Assembly: GCA_963712585.1 (NCBI GenBank)
Contig: CAVQIH010000008.1
Coordinates: 134,585-198,584 of the forward strand
Reading direction: 5' to 3'
DNA: 64,000 bases
Source: an uncultured Chloroflexia bacterium
GTDB taxonomy: Bacteria; Chloroflexota; Limnocylindria; Limnocylindrales; CSP1-4
The notes under the pieces were generated by a model. It saw only the letters and a list, made by a program, of their open reading frames with translations. It was not told the origin of the DNA and did not search any database. Shown piece after piece: positions 8,936 through 21,376 of this stretch (positions within the stretch are counted from its first letter, which is position 1; the number at the start of each line of letters is the position of its first letter). The position numbers and the translations under genes are program-made.

Positions 8936-9934
8936 CTAGACCTGTTGGACGAGGGACTTCTTGAAGAAGTCGAAGTGCTCCAGGGCGAGCCCGGTCCCCA
9001 TCGCCACGCAGTTGAGGGGATTCTCGGCGACGTGGCAGGGAACGCCGGTCACCTGGGTCAGGAGCTTGTCGATATTGCGCAGGAGGGCACCACCCCCCGA
9101 CATGACCATGCCCTTGTCGATGATGTCGCTGGAGAGCTCGGGCGGGGTCTGCTCGAGCACCGAACGGACGGCGGTCACGACCGCCTGCAGCGGTAGCTCG
9201 ATTGCCTCCATCACCTCGGAGCTCGTGATCGGGATCGTGCGGGGCAACCCGGCGATGAGATCGCGCCCCCGGACCTCCATCTGGAGCTCCCGCTCAAGCG
9301 GGAGTGCCGTCCCGATGGCGATCTTGACCTCCTCGGCAGTCCGCTCCCCGATCATCAGGTTGTACTTCTTGCGAACGTAGCTGGCGATCGCCTCATCGAA
9401 GCGATTGCCGCCGATGCGGAGGCTGGTCGAGACGACGATCCCGCCCAGCGAGATGACCGCGATTTCGCTCGTCCCGCCCCCGATGTCGATCACCATGTTG
9501 CCCGAAGGGCTGCTGATCGGGACATTCGCCCCGATGGCCGCCGCCAGCGGCTCTTCGATCAGGTACGCCTCGCGGGCACCGGCCTTGAGCGCCGCGTCAC
9601 GGACGGCGCGCTTCTCGACACTCGTCACCCCGGCCGGGACACTGATCATCACCTCGGGTTTGCCGATCGCGAACGGACCGCGATCGACCTTGCCGATGAA
9701 GTAGCGGAGCATCGCCTCCGTGATGACGTAGTCGGCGATGACGCCGTCCTTCATCGGTCGAATGGCGGTGATGTTGCCGGGCGTCCGGCCGATCATCGCG
9801 CGGGCTTCCTCGCCCACCGCCACGATCCGGTTGTCGTCGCTGACCGCGACGACCGAGGGCTCCTGGATCACGATCCCGCGGCCCTTCACGTAGACGAGCA
9901 CGTTCGCCGTACCCAGGTCGATGCCGATCTTCAT
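8936..9934 (-). CDS. mreB: rod shape-determining actin homologue MreB
   Basis: [31 protein letters not shown]...[12 protein letters not shown]...[20 protein letters not shown]... is full length at 332 aa. Its ATG overlaps the murA TGA (ATGA). Confidence 0.95.
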   Translation of the reverse strand: MKIGIDLGTANVLVYVKGRGIVIQEPSVVAVSDDNRIVAVGEEARAMIGRTPGNITAIRPMKDGVIADYVITEAMLRYFIGKVDRGPFAIGKPEVMISVPAGVTSVEKRAVRDAALKAGAREAYLIEEPLAAAIGANVPISSPSGNMVIDIGGGTSEIAVISLGGIVVSTSLRIGGNRFDEAIASYVRKKYNLMIGERTAEEVKIAIGTALPLERELQMEVRGRDLIAGLPRTIPITSSEVMEAIELPLQAVVTAVRSVLEQTPPELSSDIIDKGMVMSGGGALLRNIDKLLTQVTGVPCHVAENPLNCVAMGTGLALEHFDFFKKSLVQQV

Positions 9935-11268
9935 GAGGTTGGTGGAGGTCCTTCTGCGACGCGCTCGATTCTGGCTCCGAGGTCCAGGAACTTGCGTTCG
10001 ATGTTCTCATACCCCCGCTTCACGTGGTGGGCTCCGCGGATCACCGATGTCCCGTCTGCCGCCAGAGCCGCCAGGATCAGTGAGGCACCGGCCCGCAGGT
10101 CGCCGATCTCCAGCTCCGCCGCGTGGAGGGCGGCCGGTCCGCTGATCACGGCGTGGCGGGCGTCCTCGATTTCGATGTGGGCACCCATCGCCACGAGACC
10201 TCCGAGCCATTCCAGGCGGTCCTCGAAGATCGTCTCGGAGACGCGGCTGGTCCCCTGCGCCTGCGTGAGCAGCACGCAGGTCGGGGGTTGGAGGTCGGTG
10301 GCCAGGCCTGGGTAAGGGGCCGTGGCGATGTCGGCCGCGCGGTACGTACCGGCGCGAGATCCAGTGACCTCGATCCGGTCGGGCCCGCAGCTGACCGTCA
10401 CTCCGACCCGGGTGAGTGCCTCGAGAAACGCGCCCAGATGGGCACACTCGACTCCCTGGACGCTGATACGGCCGCCGGTCACCGCAGCCGCGACCACGAA
10501 CGTGCCGGCCTCGATCCGGTCGGGCATCACCCGGTGATCGGCCCCCCGCAGGCGCTTGCGACCCTCGATCTCGATGGTGTCGGGGGCGGTCCGCTCGATC
10601 TCGGCGCCCATCTTGCGCAGGAACTCGATGAGGTCGTCGATCTCGGGCTCCTGGGCGGCCGGGCGGATGGTGGTATGGCCCTCTGCAAGCGCGGCCCCGA
10701 GGATGGCGTTTTCGGTCCCCATGACGGACACGATGGGGAAGGTCACGAGGCCGCCGCGCAGTCGCCCCGGGGCCTTGGCGAAGTAGTAGCCGTTGCGGTA
10801 GTCGATCTCGGCACCCAGCGCGCGCATCGCGTCGACATGGAAGCTGACCGGGCGGCGTCCGATCCGGTCGCCGCCCGGGTTGCTGATGATGACTCGACCG
10901 AATCGCGAGAGGAGCGGCCCCAGGAGAATGAAGCTGGCCCGGATCTTCGCCGCAGCTTCGAGAGGCACGAAGAGCCACTCGACATCTCCCGACGCGATCT
11001 CATAGACGTTCGCAGCCGGCCGCTCAACCACCACTCCGAGATCCTCGAGGGTCTCGGCCATGACCCGAACGTCCTCGATCTCGGGCACGTTGGTGAGGCG
11101 GCAACGTTCACCGGTCAGGGTTGCCGCTGCGAGCATCTTGAGGGCCGCGTTCTTGGCGCCGCTGACCGCCACTGAACCGCGGAGCGGCACGCCCCCCTCC
11201 ACCCGGAAGGATTCGCGAAGAACCGGCTCCGGGTGGAACTCCCAGTGGAAGGGGCGAGCGTCGGCCAC
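9931..11268 (-). CDS. murA: UDP-N-acetylglucosamine 1-carboxyvinyltransferase
   Basis: [31 protein letters not shown]...[19 protein letters not shown]...[10 protein letters not shown]. The ORF track start (11448) would overlap atpC, so I chose the first GTG after the atpC stop (11268). The start is uncertain. Confidence 0.88.
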   Translation of the reverse strand: MADARPFHWEFHPEPVLRESFRVEGGVPLRGSVAVSGAKNAALKMLAAATLTGERCRLTNVPEIEDVRVMAETLEDLGVVVERPAANVYEIASGDVEWLFVPLEAAAKIRASFILLGPLLSRFGRVIISNPGGDRIGRRPVSFHVDAMRALGAEIDYRNGYYFAKAPGRLRGGLVTFPIVSVMGTENAILGAALAEGHTTIRPAAQEPEIDDLIEFLRKMGAEIERTAPDTIEIEGRKRLRGADHRVMPDRIEAGTFVVAAAVTGGRISVQGVECAHLGAFLEALTRVGVTVSCGPDRIEVTGSRAGTYRAADIATAPYPGLATDLQPPTCVLLTQAQGTSRVSETIFEDRLEWLGGLVAMGAHIEIEDARHAVISGPAALHAAELEIGDLRAGASLILAALAADGTSVIRGAHHVKRGYENIERKFLDLGARIERVAEGPPPTS

Positions 11269-11290
11269 GAGGTCGTTCGGTCTGCCGCGG

Positions 11291-11719
11291 TCAGCCGCGG
11301 CGCCGCGAACCCTCGCGGTGGCGGCGCTCGGCGACCCGGATCCGCAGGAGCGCGCGTTCGAGGGAGGCCCGGGCCGAGGCGAGGTCCGTCGGCTCGATGA
11401 AGCCTTGCTCGAGTGTCCGTTCGGCGTCGACGCGGGCTTGTTGCGCACGTTCGAGATCGATTTCCGATGCCAGGTCGGCCGTCTCGGCCATCACCACGAC
11501 CCGGTCCGGGCGGACTTGGAGGAACCCGCCGGCGATCGCGAAGTACTCCTCGGAGCCGCCCCTGCGGATGCGCAGCTCGCCCACGCCCAGGACCGTCACC
11601 AGTGGCGCGTGGTGGGGCAGCACGCCGAGCTCGCCTTCGATGCCCGGCAGATTGACCGAATCCACCATCGCCGAGTAGGCCAGCCGCTCCGGAGTCACGA
11701 TCTGGAGCAGGATCGGCAT
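11291..11719 (-). CDS. atpC: ATP synthase F1 epsilon subunit
   Basis: MPILLQIVTPERLAYSAMVDSVNLPGIEGELGVLPHHAPLVT..., positioned after atpD. Confidence 0.9.
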   Translation of the reverse strand: MPILLQIVTPERLAYSAMVDSVNLPGIEGELGVLPHHAPLVTVLGVGELRIRRGGSEEYFAIAGGFLQVRPDRVVVMAETADLASEIDLERAQQARVDAERTLEQGFIEPTDLASARASLERALLRIRVAERRHREGSRRRG

Positions 11720-11762
11720 CAGCGCCCTCCTGGCCGCGACATCCGGACCCGGGGCGGCCTGT

Positions 11763-14052
<2,290 letters not shown>

Positions 14053-14072
14053 GCTGCCGCCGCCTCGCTCGC

Positions 14073-15605
14073 TTAGGCCAGGAAGACGGCGCGGTAGGCG
14101 CCGACCGCTTCGTCGAGGGCGGCTCCGGTCTCGTCGTCGAGGGCCTTGGTCTCGCCGAGCTTCTGGAGGATCGCCGGGCGCTCGGTCTCGAGGAACCGAT
14201 TGAGCCCCTGCTCGAACTCACGCACCCGGGCCGTGGCAATGTCGTCGAGCTGGCCCTTGGTGGCCGCGTAGAGGATGGCGACCTGTCGCTCGACCGGCAG
14301 CGGCTGGTACTGCGGCTGCTTGACGACCTCCGACAGCTTCTCTCCCCGAGTCAGCTGGTCGCGGGTCGCCTTGTCGAGGTCCGAGGCGAACTGGGCGAAT
14401 GCTGCCAGGGAGCGGTACTGCGCCAGGTCGAGCTTCAGCGGCCCCGCCACGTTCTTCATCGCCTTGGTCTGCGCGGCCGAGCCGACCCGGCTCACTGACT
14501 GGCCGATGTTGACGGCCGGTCGCTGGCCGGCGTTGAAGAGGTCGGTCTCCAGGAAGATCTGGCCATCGGTGATCGAGATCACGTTGGTGGGGATGTAGGC
14601 CGAGATGTCGCCGGCCTGGGTCTCGATGACCGGCAGGGCGGTCAGCGACCCACCGCCGTTGTCGGCGTTGAGCCGGGCGGCCCGCTCCAGGAGGCGGCTG
14701 TGGAGGTAGAAGACGTCGCCGGGGTACGCCTCCCGGCCGGGTGGCCGCCGCAGCAGTAGCGACATCTCGCGGTAGGCCCAGGCGTGCTTGGAGAGATCGT
14801 CGTAGACGCACAGGGCGTCCTTGACGAGCGCCCCGTCGACCTCGACGCCTACCTCCATGACTTCCTCGCCCATCGCCACTCCCGAGTATGGAGCGAGGTA
14901 CTGGAGCGGCGCCGGATCCTCGGCCCCGGCCACGACCACGACCGTGTGCGCCATGGCGCCGTGGCGCTCGAGGATGGCCACGGTCTGGGCGACCGTGGAA
15001 AGCTTCTGCCCGATCGCCACGTAGATGCAGACGAGACCCTTCCCCTTCTGGTTGATGATCGTGTCGATGGCGATCGCGGTCTTGCCCGTCTGACGGTCGC
15101 CGATGATCAGCTCACGCTGGCCCCGGCCGATCGGGATGAGTGCGTCGATGGCCTTGATGCCGGTCTGGACGGGGGTGTCGACCGACTGACGGACGATGAC
15201 GCCCGGGGCGATCCGCTCGACCGGCCGGCTCTTCGTGGCGGCGATCGGGCCCTTGTCGTCGAGGGGACGTCCGAGCGGATCGACGACGCGCCCGAGCAGG
15301 GCCGCGCCGACCGGCACCTCCACGACGCGGCCCGTCGTCTTGACGGTGTCGCCCTCCTTGACCGCTCCGGACTCGCCGAGGATCACGACGCCGACCGTCT
15401 CCTCCAGGAGGTTCAGCGCCATCCCCATGACGCCCCCGGGGAACTCGAGCAGCTCCGACGCGAGGCAGGCATCCAGGCCGTACACCTGGGCGATCCCGTC
15501 GCCGACCTCGACGACCGTTCCGACACTGCGCGTCTCGCTCGAGGTGTCGAAGCGGTCGATCTCGGACTTGATGATGCTGATGATCTCGTCGGAACGGATG
15601 GCCAT
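14073..15605 (-). CDS. atpA: ATP synthase F1 alpha subunit
   Basis: 510 aa with GDRQTGKT Walker A and typical alpha-subunit blocks. Confidence 0.97.
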   Translation of the reverse strand: MAIRSDEIISIIKSEIDRFDTSSETRSVGTVVEVGDGIAQVYGLDACLASELLEFPGGVMGMALNLLEETVGVVILGESGAVKEGDTVKTTGRVVEVPVGAALLGRVVDPLGRPLDDKGPIAATKSRPVERIAPGVIVRQSVDTPVQTGIKAIDALIPIGRGQRELIIGDRQTGKTAIAIDTIINQKGKGLVCIYVAIGQKLSTVAQTVAILERHGAMAHTVVVVAGAEDPAPLQYLAPYSGVAMGEEVMEVGVEVDGALVKDALCVYDDLSKHAWAYREMSLLLRRPPGREAYPGDVFYLHSRLLERAARLNADNGGGSLTALPVIETQAGDISAYIPTNVISITDGQIFLETDLFNAGQRPAVNIGQSVSRVGSAAQTKAMKNVAGPLKLDLAQYRSLAAFAQFASDLDKATRDQLTRGEKLSEVVKQPQYQPLPVERQVAILYAATKGQLDDIATARVREFEQGLNRFLETERPAILQKLGETKALDDETGAALDEAVGAYRAVFLA

Positions 15606-15614
15606 GCGTGTCTC

Positions 15615-16160
15615 CTAGAGGGCGCCCGAGACGAGCCGGCTGCGCAGCCGTTCGAGGCGGCCCCGAACGCTCCCGTCGATCAGCCGGTCGCCGATCCGAA
15701 CGACGACCCCGCCGAGCAGGCCCGGATCCACGTGGGTCTCGAGCACGACTCGCCCGCCGGAGGATCCCGCCAGCTGGGCCGTTATGGCCAGGACTTCGTC
15801 CTGCTCGAGCGGCACCGCACTGGTAGCAGTTGCCGTGATGACGCTGTTGCGGAGGTTGTCGAGCCGCCCGAATTCAGCGGCGATGCGCGGCAGCTGGTCG
15901 ACCCGACCGCGGCGCAGGAGAAGGAGGATGAGGTTGAGCGCGGGCACGGAGACCACCCGTCCGAGGGTGTCGGTAACCAGCTGGTTGCGCTCCTGCAATG
16001 GCCGCGCCGGACTGCTCAGCGCCCGGGCCACGCCATCGTCCTCCACGATCCGGCCGGCAGCCTCCAGATCGCGCCGCCAGGTCTTGAGCGTCCCATCGCG
16101 AAGCGCGATCTCGAAGGCGGCGCCGGCATAGCGGCGGGCGGCTGGCGTCGGGCGTGCCAT
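15615..16160 (-). CDS. atpH: ATP synthase F1 delta (OSCP) subunit
   Basis: 181 aa. Call rests on position between atpF and atpA and the C-terminal pattern VDPGLLGGVVVRIGDRLIDGSVRGRLERL. Confidence 0.9.
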   Translation of the reverse strand: MARPTPAARRYAGAAFEIALRDGTLKTWRRDLEAAGRIVEDDGVARALSSPARPLQERNQLVTDTLGRVVSVPALNLILLLLRRGRVDQLPRIAAEFGRLDNLRNSVITATATSAVPLEQDEVLAITAQLAGSSGGRVVLETHVDPGLLGGVVVRIGDRLIDGSVRGRLERLRSRLVSGAL

Positions 16161-16735
16161 CAGTTCCGCGACTCCGGGCCGATTCCCCCACGAAGGAAGT
16201 CGTCGACGAGGCGCCGCTGGCGCTCGTCGGTCATCGATTCGCCGACCACCCGGCTGGCGGCGGCCAGAGCGAGATCGGCGACTTCGGCGCGCAGATCGGC
16301 GATCGCTCGCTGCTTCTCGGCCTCGATCTCGGCCGCCGCACGCTCGCGCAGCTGGTCCAGCTCGGCTCGGGTGGCCGCGAGATCCGCCTCGCGGGTATCC
16401 TGGGCGATCGTTTGGGCCCGCTCGAGGATCGCCTTCGCCTCGCGACGCGCCTCGTTGAGGGCAGCGAGGCGCTCGCTCTCGGCGAGCTCGCGGTCGCGCC
16501 GGGCCGTCTCGGCGTCGTGCAGACCCTGCTCGATCCGCCGGCGACGGCCCTCGAGCATCGATGACAGCGGCCGGAAGGCGAACGCCCAGATCAGGGCCAG
16601 GAAGAAGACGAAGTTGAGGGCACTCACGATCACCCAGAACAGGTTGATCGTGAACCCGCTTGCTTCCGTGCTCCCCTCGGCAGCCAGTGGAGCGATCGTT
16701 CGGGCGAGCTCGCCTACGACGGCGAAGACGTGCAC
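16160..16735 (-). CDS. atpF: ATP synthase Fo b subunit
   Basis: A single N-terminal TM helix (INLFWVIVSALNFVFFLALIWAFAF) is followed by a long charged helix. Position in the operon supports the call. Confidence 0.85.
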   Translation of the reverse strand: MHVFAVVGELARTIAPLAAEGSTEASGFTINLFWVIVSALNFVFFLALIWAFAFRPLSSMLEGRRRRIEQGLHDAETARRDRELAESERLAALNEARREAKAILERAQTIAQDTREADLAATRAELDQLRERAAAEIEAEKQRAIADLRAEVADLALAAASRVVGESMTDERQRRLVDDFLRGGIGPESRN

Positions 16736-16760
16736 CGCCAGATCTCCGGGGCTCGGTGGG

Positions 16761-16973
16761 CTACTTGATGAAGATGGCGAGCAGGCCGACGACGATCGCC
16801 AGGACGCCGAGGCCCTCGGCGAACGCCGCCAGGATGATCGCGAGGCCTCGGATCTGTGAGGCGGCCTCGGGGTTGCGCCCGATCGCCGAGCTCGACAGGC
16901 CGGCCAGGATGCCGATGCCGATGCCCGGGCCGAGCACGCCGAGGGCGGCGAGGCCAGCGCCGAGGTGTTCCAT
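16761..16973 (-). CDS. atpE: ATP synthase Fo c subunit
   Basis: 70-aa hairpin MEHLGAGLAALGVLGPGIGIGILAG...RNPEAASQIRGLAIILAAFAEGLGVLAIVVGLL. AGGAGG lies 7 nt upstream of ATG 16973. Confidence 0.93.
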   Translation of the reverse strand: MEHLGAGLAALGVLGPGIGIGILAGLSSSAIGRNPEAASQIRGLAIILAAFAEGLGVLAIVVGLLAIFIK

Positions 16974-17037
16974 GTCCGGGGTTCCTCCTAATCGTCCCGG
17001 GCCGAGCCCGGGTTCATGCTGTCGTACACCGTCGACA

Positions 17038-18090
17038 TCAATGAGCGGGCGCCGGGGAGGGTCCGTGACCACGAGCCGTGGCTTCCTCGACGATCCCCGA
17101 CTCTGCATCCTCGCTCTCGTCGTGATGGGACTCCATGGCGATGAGCGTGAACATCAAGGTGAGCGTACTGAAGATCAGTGCCTGGACGAAGTTGAGCATC
17201 GCTTCGAGGCCGATGATGAAGACCGGCACGACGGCGATCGTGAGCGCGGTGAGGACCCCCAGGGCCACTTCGCCGCCATAGATGTTGCCGAAGAGTCGCA
17301 TCGAGAGCGTGATCAGCTTCACGAACTCGAGCATGAGCTCGATGAGGCCCACGAACATCGAGAGCAGGCCCGCGCCGAGGCCCTTGCGGAACTCGGAGAA
17401 CGGGAGGAACTTGGCCAGGTAGCCCAGGCCGTTGGCGAGGAAGCCCTGGGCCTCGAAGTAGACGAAGGCGACCAGCGCCAGGCCGAGCGTGATGTTGACA
17501 TCGCTGGTGGGGGCTCGCAGCTCCTCGATTTGTCCGACGGGCGGTACCAGCCCGCTCCAGTTGGAGAAGAGGATGATCAGGAAGAACGACGCGAAGACCG
17601 GTACGTGCCGTACCGCGGCGGCGCCTCCCATGGAGACGGTCCAATCCCGGAGAGCCTCGTAGGCGAACTCCACGGCGTTCTGCGCCCTACCCGGAACGCT
17701 GCGCAACCTCCGAGTGGCGAGGAAGGCGCCCAGCAGGAGGACCGCCTCGATGATCCACATGGTGAGGATGGTCGAGGTGATGCTGGGATGAAACCCGATC
17801 ACCAGCGATCCCGATGGCAGCGGGTTGGCGGGATCCAGGTCGAGGACGACGTGCGGAGGCGGGAACTCCAGTGTCCCGTCGATGAAGCAGACCGGGAATG
17901 CGCAGGCGTCGCCCGGCCCACCGCCCCTGGGGAAGGGCGGAGCGACCAGGAAGGCGAGTACGTCGATGGCGATCACGGCGATCGCCAGCACGCCCAGGAT
18001 TCGACCGCGGCTCCAGCGGCCCCTCGGCCCGGCCGCTACCTCCTCGCTGCCCGGCTCGGCGGCCTCGGGGATCGGCTGGTCGCTCGTCAC
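17038..18090 (-). CDS. atpB: ATP synthase Fo a subunit, with an N-terminal extension of about 100 aa
   Basis: The C-terminal core LITLSMRLFGNIYGGEVAL...LNFVQALIFSTLTLMF contains the conserved Arg. At 350 aa it is longer than usual a subunits. Confidence 0.9.
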   Translation of the reverse strand: MTSDQPIPEAAEPGSEEVAAGPRGRWSRGRILGVLAIAVIAIDVLAFLVAPPFPRGGGPGDACAFPVCFIDGTLEFPPPHVVLDLDPANPLPSGSLVIGFHPSITSTILTMWIIEAVLLLGAFLATRRLRSVPGRAQNAVEFAYEALRDWTVSMGGAAAVRHVPVFASFFLIILFSNWSGLVPPVGQIEELRAPTSDVNITLGLALVAFVYFEAQGFLANGLGYLAKFLPFSEFRKGLGAGLLSMFVGLIELMLEFVKLITLSMRLFGNIYGGEVALGVLTALTIAVVPVFIIGLEAMLNFVQALIFSTLTLMFTLIAMESHHDESEDAESGIVEEATARGHGPSPAPAH

Positions 18091-18134
18091 GCTCGCTCCA
18101 CAGACAGGAGCGCGGCGGATCCGCCGCGCCCGTC

Positions 18135-18359
18135 TCAGTCTTCGTAGGTTGCCAGAAACCTCGAGATGATCTGGTAGACCGCTCTCGCTCCGGCCGCCAG
18201 GCCCAGGAAGAGCCCGGCGAGGGCGAAGATGGGCAGCGTGCCTAGCTGCTTGTCGATCCAGTAGCCGCCGAGGACACCCGCCAGTACCGTCACCAGCAGG
18301 ATCAGACCGATCTCGGAGAACAGGGCGAAGTACGCGCCGAGACGTCCGAGTCCGTTCAT
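18135..18359 (-). CDS. AtpZ/AtpI-family small membrane protein (putative F0F1-ATPase gene-1 family)
   Basis: 74 aa with two TM helices (MNGLGRLGAYFALFSEIGLILLVTVLAGVLGGYWIDKQLGTLPIFALAGLFLGLAAG). It sits directly upstream of atpB. Confidence 0.6.
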   Translation of the reverse strand: MNGLGRLGAYFALFSEIGLILLVTVLAGVLGGYWIDKQLGTLPIFALAGLFLGLAAGARAVYQIISRFLATYED

Positions 18360-18382
18360 GGGCGACCTGATACGGCCGGCCG

Positions 18383-18391
18383 AGTATAGCA
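18383..18391 (-). promoter_or_regulatory. extended -10 (TGCTATACT) candidate promoter of the atp operon
   Basis: On the minus strand TGC-TATACT lies 24 nt upstream of the atpZ-like ATG. It is followed by the palindrome CGGCCGGCCG (18373-18382). Confidence 0.4.
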
Positions 18392-18429
18392 GGACGTCGC
18401 GAGTGGTCCGCCCAGCGACACGGCCGAGC

Positions 18430-18753
18430 TCAGGGTCTCGAAGGGCTCGCGGGTGCTCTCTGGGGGGCCGATCGCCCAGTGGCCGCGAGCACCCCGCCGG
18501 GCGGCGAGGCGGGTGGTGCGGCGGTGAGGGCCAGCGCAATCGCGGCGATCACGGCAACCGTCACGAGCACGGCCGACATGTCGCGCGCGAGTCGCCCCCG
18601 AGGGTCGCCGGCGACGGGCTCCTCAGTGGGCAACTGCGCTCCGACAACAAGGTGGCCGTCCGGCGTCCACCTGGTGACCACCGTCCGAGGGCGGATCGGC
18701 GCGCTGATGACGAAGGGCGCGTCGCCGGTTCCACCCGGATCTCGCGTGGCCAC
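18430..18753 (-). CDS. hypothetical protein with C-terminal TM helix
   Basis: 107 codons from GTG 18753. Codon statistics look coding (GC3 high, GC1>GC2). Product: ...DAPFVISAPIRPRTVVTRWTPDGHLVVGAQLPTEEPVAGD...MSAVLVTVAVIAAIALALTAA. I recognise no family, and the start is uncertain. Confidence 0.3.
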   Translation of the reverse strand: MATRDPGGTGDAPFVISAPIRPRTVVTRWTPDGHLVVGAQLPTEEPVAGDPRGRLARDMSAVLVTVAVIAAIALALTAAPPASPPGGVLAATGRSAPQRAPASPSRP

Positions 18754-18805
18754 GTGCCGGATCGTAGCACCGTGGTGCCCACGCGCACCGCGGTCCCGTC
18801 GGCTC

Positions 18806-19982
18806 TCAGTCCCGAGCAGGGCCGGATTCGCCGAGTCGGCCCGCCTCGCCCTCGTCGCGGTCGCTGGCTGGGCCGACACCGTTCTCGGGGAACGCGGCCG
18901 CCGTCAGTTCCTCGGCCCGCAGCGAGCGATGGGTGAGGGCGAAGAGGACGATCCCGGAGGCAACCAGCACGCCCAAGAACGCATAGAGCTGGCCCGTCCC
19001 GGAGAGGATGAACGAGAGGCCGGCGAGCGCCGCGCACATCGCGTAGATGAGCACCACGGTCTGGGTGTGGGTGAGGCCCAGGTCGAGGAGGCGGTGGTGG
19101 ATGTGGCCTCGATCCGGCGAGAACGGCGACCGTCGGGAGGCCAGCCGGCGGACGATGATCCAGAAGGTGTCGATGATCGGGACGCCCAGGACGAGGAGGG
19201 CAACCGCGACCTTCGCCGTCCCGAGGATCGACAGCAGGGCCAGCGTGTACCCCACGAACAAGACGCCGCTGGTCCCGGCGAAGATCGAGGCCGGGTGGAA
19301 GTTCCAGCGCAGGAAGCCCAGAAGCGCTCCCGCCAGTGCGAAGCACAGGAACGCCACGTACGGCTGGTCGATGGCGGCGGTCAGGCTGATCAGCCCGAGC
19401 GTGAGCGCCGCGATCAGCGCGATGCCCGACGACAGTCCGTCGAGACCGTCGATGAAGTTGATGCTGTTGATCATGCCGACGATCCAGAGCATCGTGAATG
19501 CCGATCGCGAACGGCCCGTTGAGGCGGATCACGCCGGGTCCGAACGGGTTGTTGAGAACGTCGACCCCGATCCCCAGCGAGACGCACCAGCGCGGCGAGC
19601 ACGAGCTGGCCGGCGAGCTGCCAGCGCGCCCGCAGCTGGAGATAGTCGTCGAGCGCGCCGAGGATCGTGGCCAGGGCCGCTCCCCCGATCAAGGCGAAGA
19701 CCTGGTTGGGACCGATCGTGCTCGGGCGTGCCGTCAGGTGGAGTGTCTCCGCGGCGAGAACGATCGCCAGGGCCACGGCCAGGAAGACCACCGCCACCGC
19801 CAGGCCGCCGCCCCGGGCGACCGGCCGAGCGTTGACCCGGCGGGCCTCGGGCGGTCGACGACGCCGATCTGCTGGGCGAGTCGGCGGACGACCGGGGTGA
19901 GCACCAGCGAGCCGGCGGTGGCGATGAGGAAGATCGCCACGAGCGCGGGCAGGACGTCCGCGGCGTCGGGGGTCAGGCGCAT
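18806..19982 (-). pseudogene. wecA: WecA/MraY-family (GT4) polyprenyl-phosphate GlcNAc-1-phosphate transferase, three frame breaks as assembled
   Basis: The protein is split into four pieces. Piece 1 is 19734..19982 (MRLTPDAADVLPALVAIFLIATAGSLVLTPVVRRLAQQIGVVDRP). Piece 2 is 19471..19797 (ALIGGAALATILGALDDYLQLRARWQLAGQLVLAALV). Piece 3 is a short stretch in a third frame (SLGIGVDVLNNPFGPGVIRLNGPFAIG). Piece 4 is 18806..19492 (MLWIVGMINSINFIDGLDGLSSG...HIHHRLLDLG). Confidence 0.75.
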
Positions 19983-20053
19983 GGCGGGGTCACCGCGCTC
20001 CGGCGCGCCCGACAGGCGGGCGCGACCTCATCGCCGACCCGTCCGGAGCCGGC

Positions 20054-21347
20054 TCACGCCGCCGGCAGGCCGGGAACCGGGAACCGGGCACAGATGGCGC
20101 GGACCTCCTCGCGGAGCCGGGCCTGCACGGCGGGGTCACTCCGCGCCTTGATGGCACTCGACGATCAGGTCGGCAACGGCCCGCATCTCCGGGGCCCGAA
20201 GCCACGCGTCGTCGTGGCCGGCGTGCCGATGCGAATGCCCGAGGCGATGTTGGGCGGGTTCGCGTCGAACGGGATGGCGTTCTTGTTGACGGTGATCCCG
20301 ACCTCGTCGAGGAGCTGCCTCGGCCTCGCGGCCGGTCACGCCGAGCGGGGTCACGTCGACGAGCATGAGGTGGTTGTCGGTGCCGCCGGAGACGACGCGC
20401 GCACCCGCGCTCGCGAGCGTCTGCGGCCAGGACGGCCGCGTTCGTCGATGGTCCGCCGCTGGTCCTCCCGGAACTCGTCGGTCGCCGCCAGGCTGCAGCG
20501 CCACCGCCTTGGCGGCGATGACGTGCATCAGCGGGCCACCCTGGACGCCCGGGAAGACGGTCTTGTCGACCGCCTTGGCGAGTGGCCTCGCTGGCGAAGA
20601 TCGAGCCCGCCGCCGCGGGACCGCGCAGGGTCTTGTGGGTCGTGGTGGTCACGATGTCCGCGTGGGGGAACGGGCTCGGGTGCAGCCCGGCCGCGACGAG
20701 ACCCGCGATGTGGGCCATGTCCACGAACAGCAGCGCGCCCACGCCGTGGGCGATGGCGGCCATCCGCTCGAAGTCGATGTGCGCGGATACGCGCGAGGCG
20801 CCGGCGACGATCAGCTTCGGGCGCACCTCGCGCGGCCTGGCGCTCGAGGACGTCGTAGTCGATCCGCTCGGTCTCGCGGTCCACGCCGTAGGCATGGACC
20901 TCGTACGAGCTTGCCCGCTGAAGTTGACCGGCGAGCCGTGCGTCAGGTGACCGCCGTGGGCGAGGTTCATGCCCAGGATCCGGTCGCCGGGCTCGAGGAC
21001 CGCGAAGTAGGCGGCCATGTTGGCCTGGGCGCCCGGAGTGGGGCTGGACGTTGACGTGGTCCGCGCCCGGGAAGAGGGCGAGCGCGCGGTCCTGGGCGAG
21101 GCGCTCGACGACGTCCACGTACTCGCAGCCGCCGTAGTAGCGCCTGCCGGGCAGGCCCTCGGCGTACTTGTTGGTGAGCCACGAGCCCTGCGCTTCCATG
21201 ACCGCCGCGAAGGCGTAGTTCTCGCTGCGCGATCAGCTCGATCTTGTCAGCGCTGCCGGTCGCGCTCGCCGCCATCGCCGCCCACAGCTCGGGGTCGACC
21301 TCGGCGAGGCGGGGCGCCGCGACCTCGGGCGCGGATGGCGTGGTCAT
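20054..21347 (-). pseudogene. glyA: serine hydroxymethyltransferase, at least 10 frame changes as assembled
   Basis: All SHMT blocks are present but hop between the three minus-strand frames. They include DKIELIA|[41 protein letters not shown]|[137 protein letters not shown] and [34 protein letters not shown]. The inferred stop is TGA at 20054-20056. Confidence 0.85.
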
Positions 21348-21376
21348 CGTCCTCCCTCCGTTTGCGCGGGCCATTG

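Noticed and set aside
20054-21347. Programmed recoding (multiple ribosomal frameshifts) in glyA.
   Set aside because: There are more than ten shifts in both directions, with no slippery heptamers or stimulatory structures, and the same pattern extends into the neighbouring wecA. Sequence error or decay is far more parsimonious.
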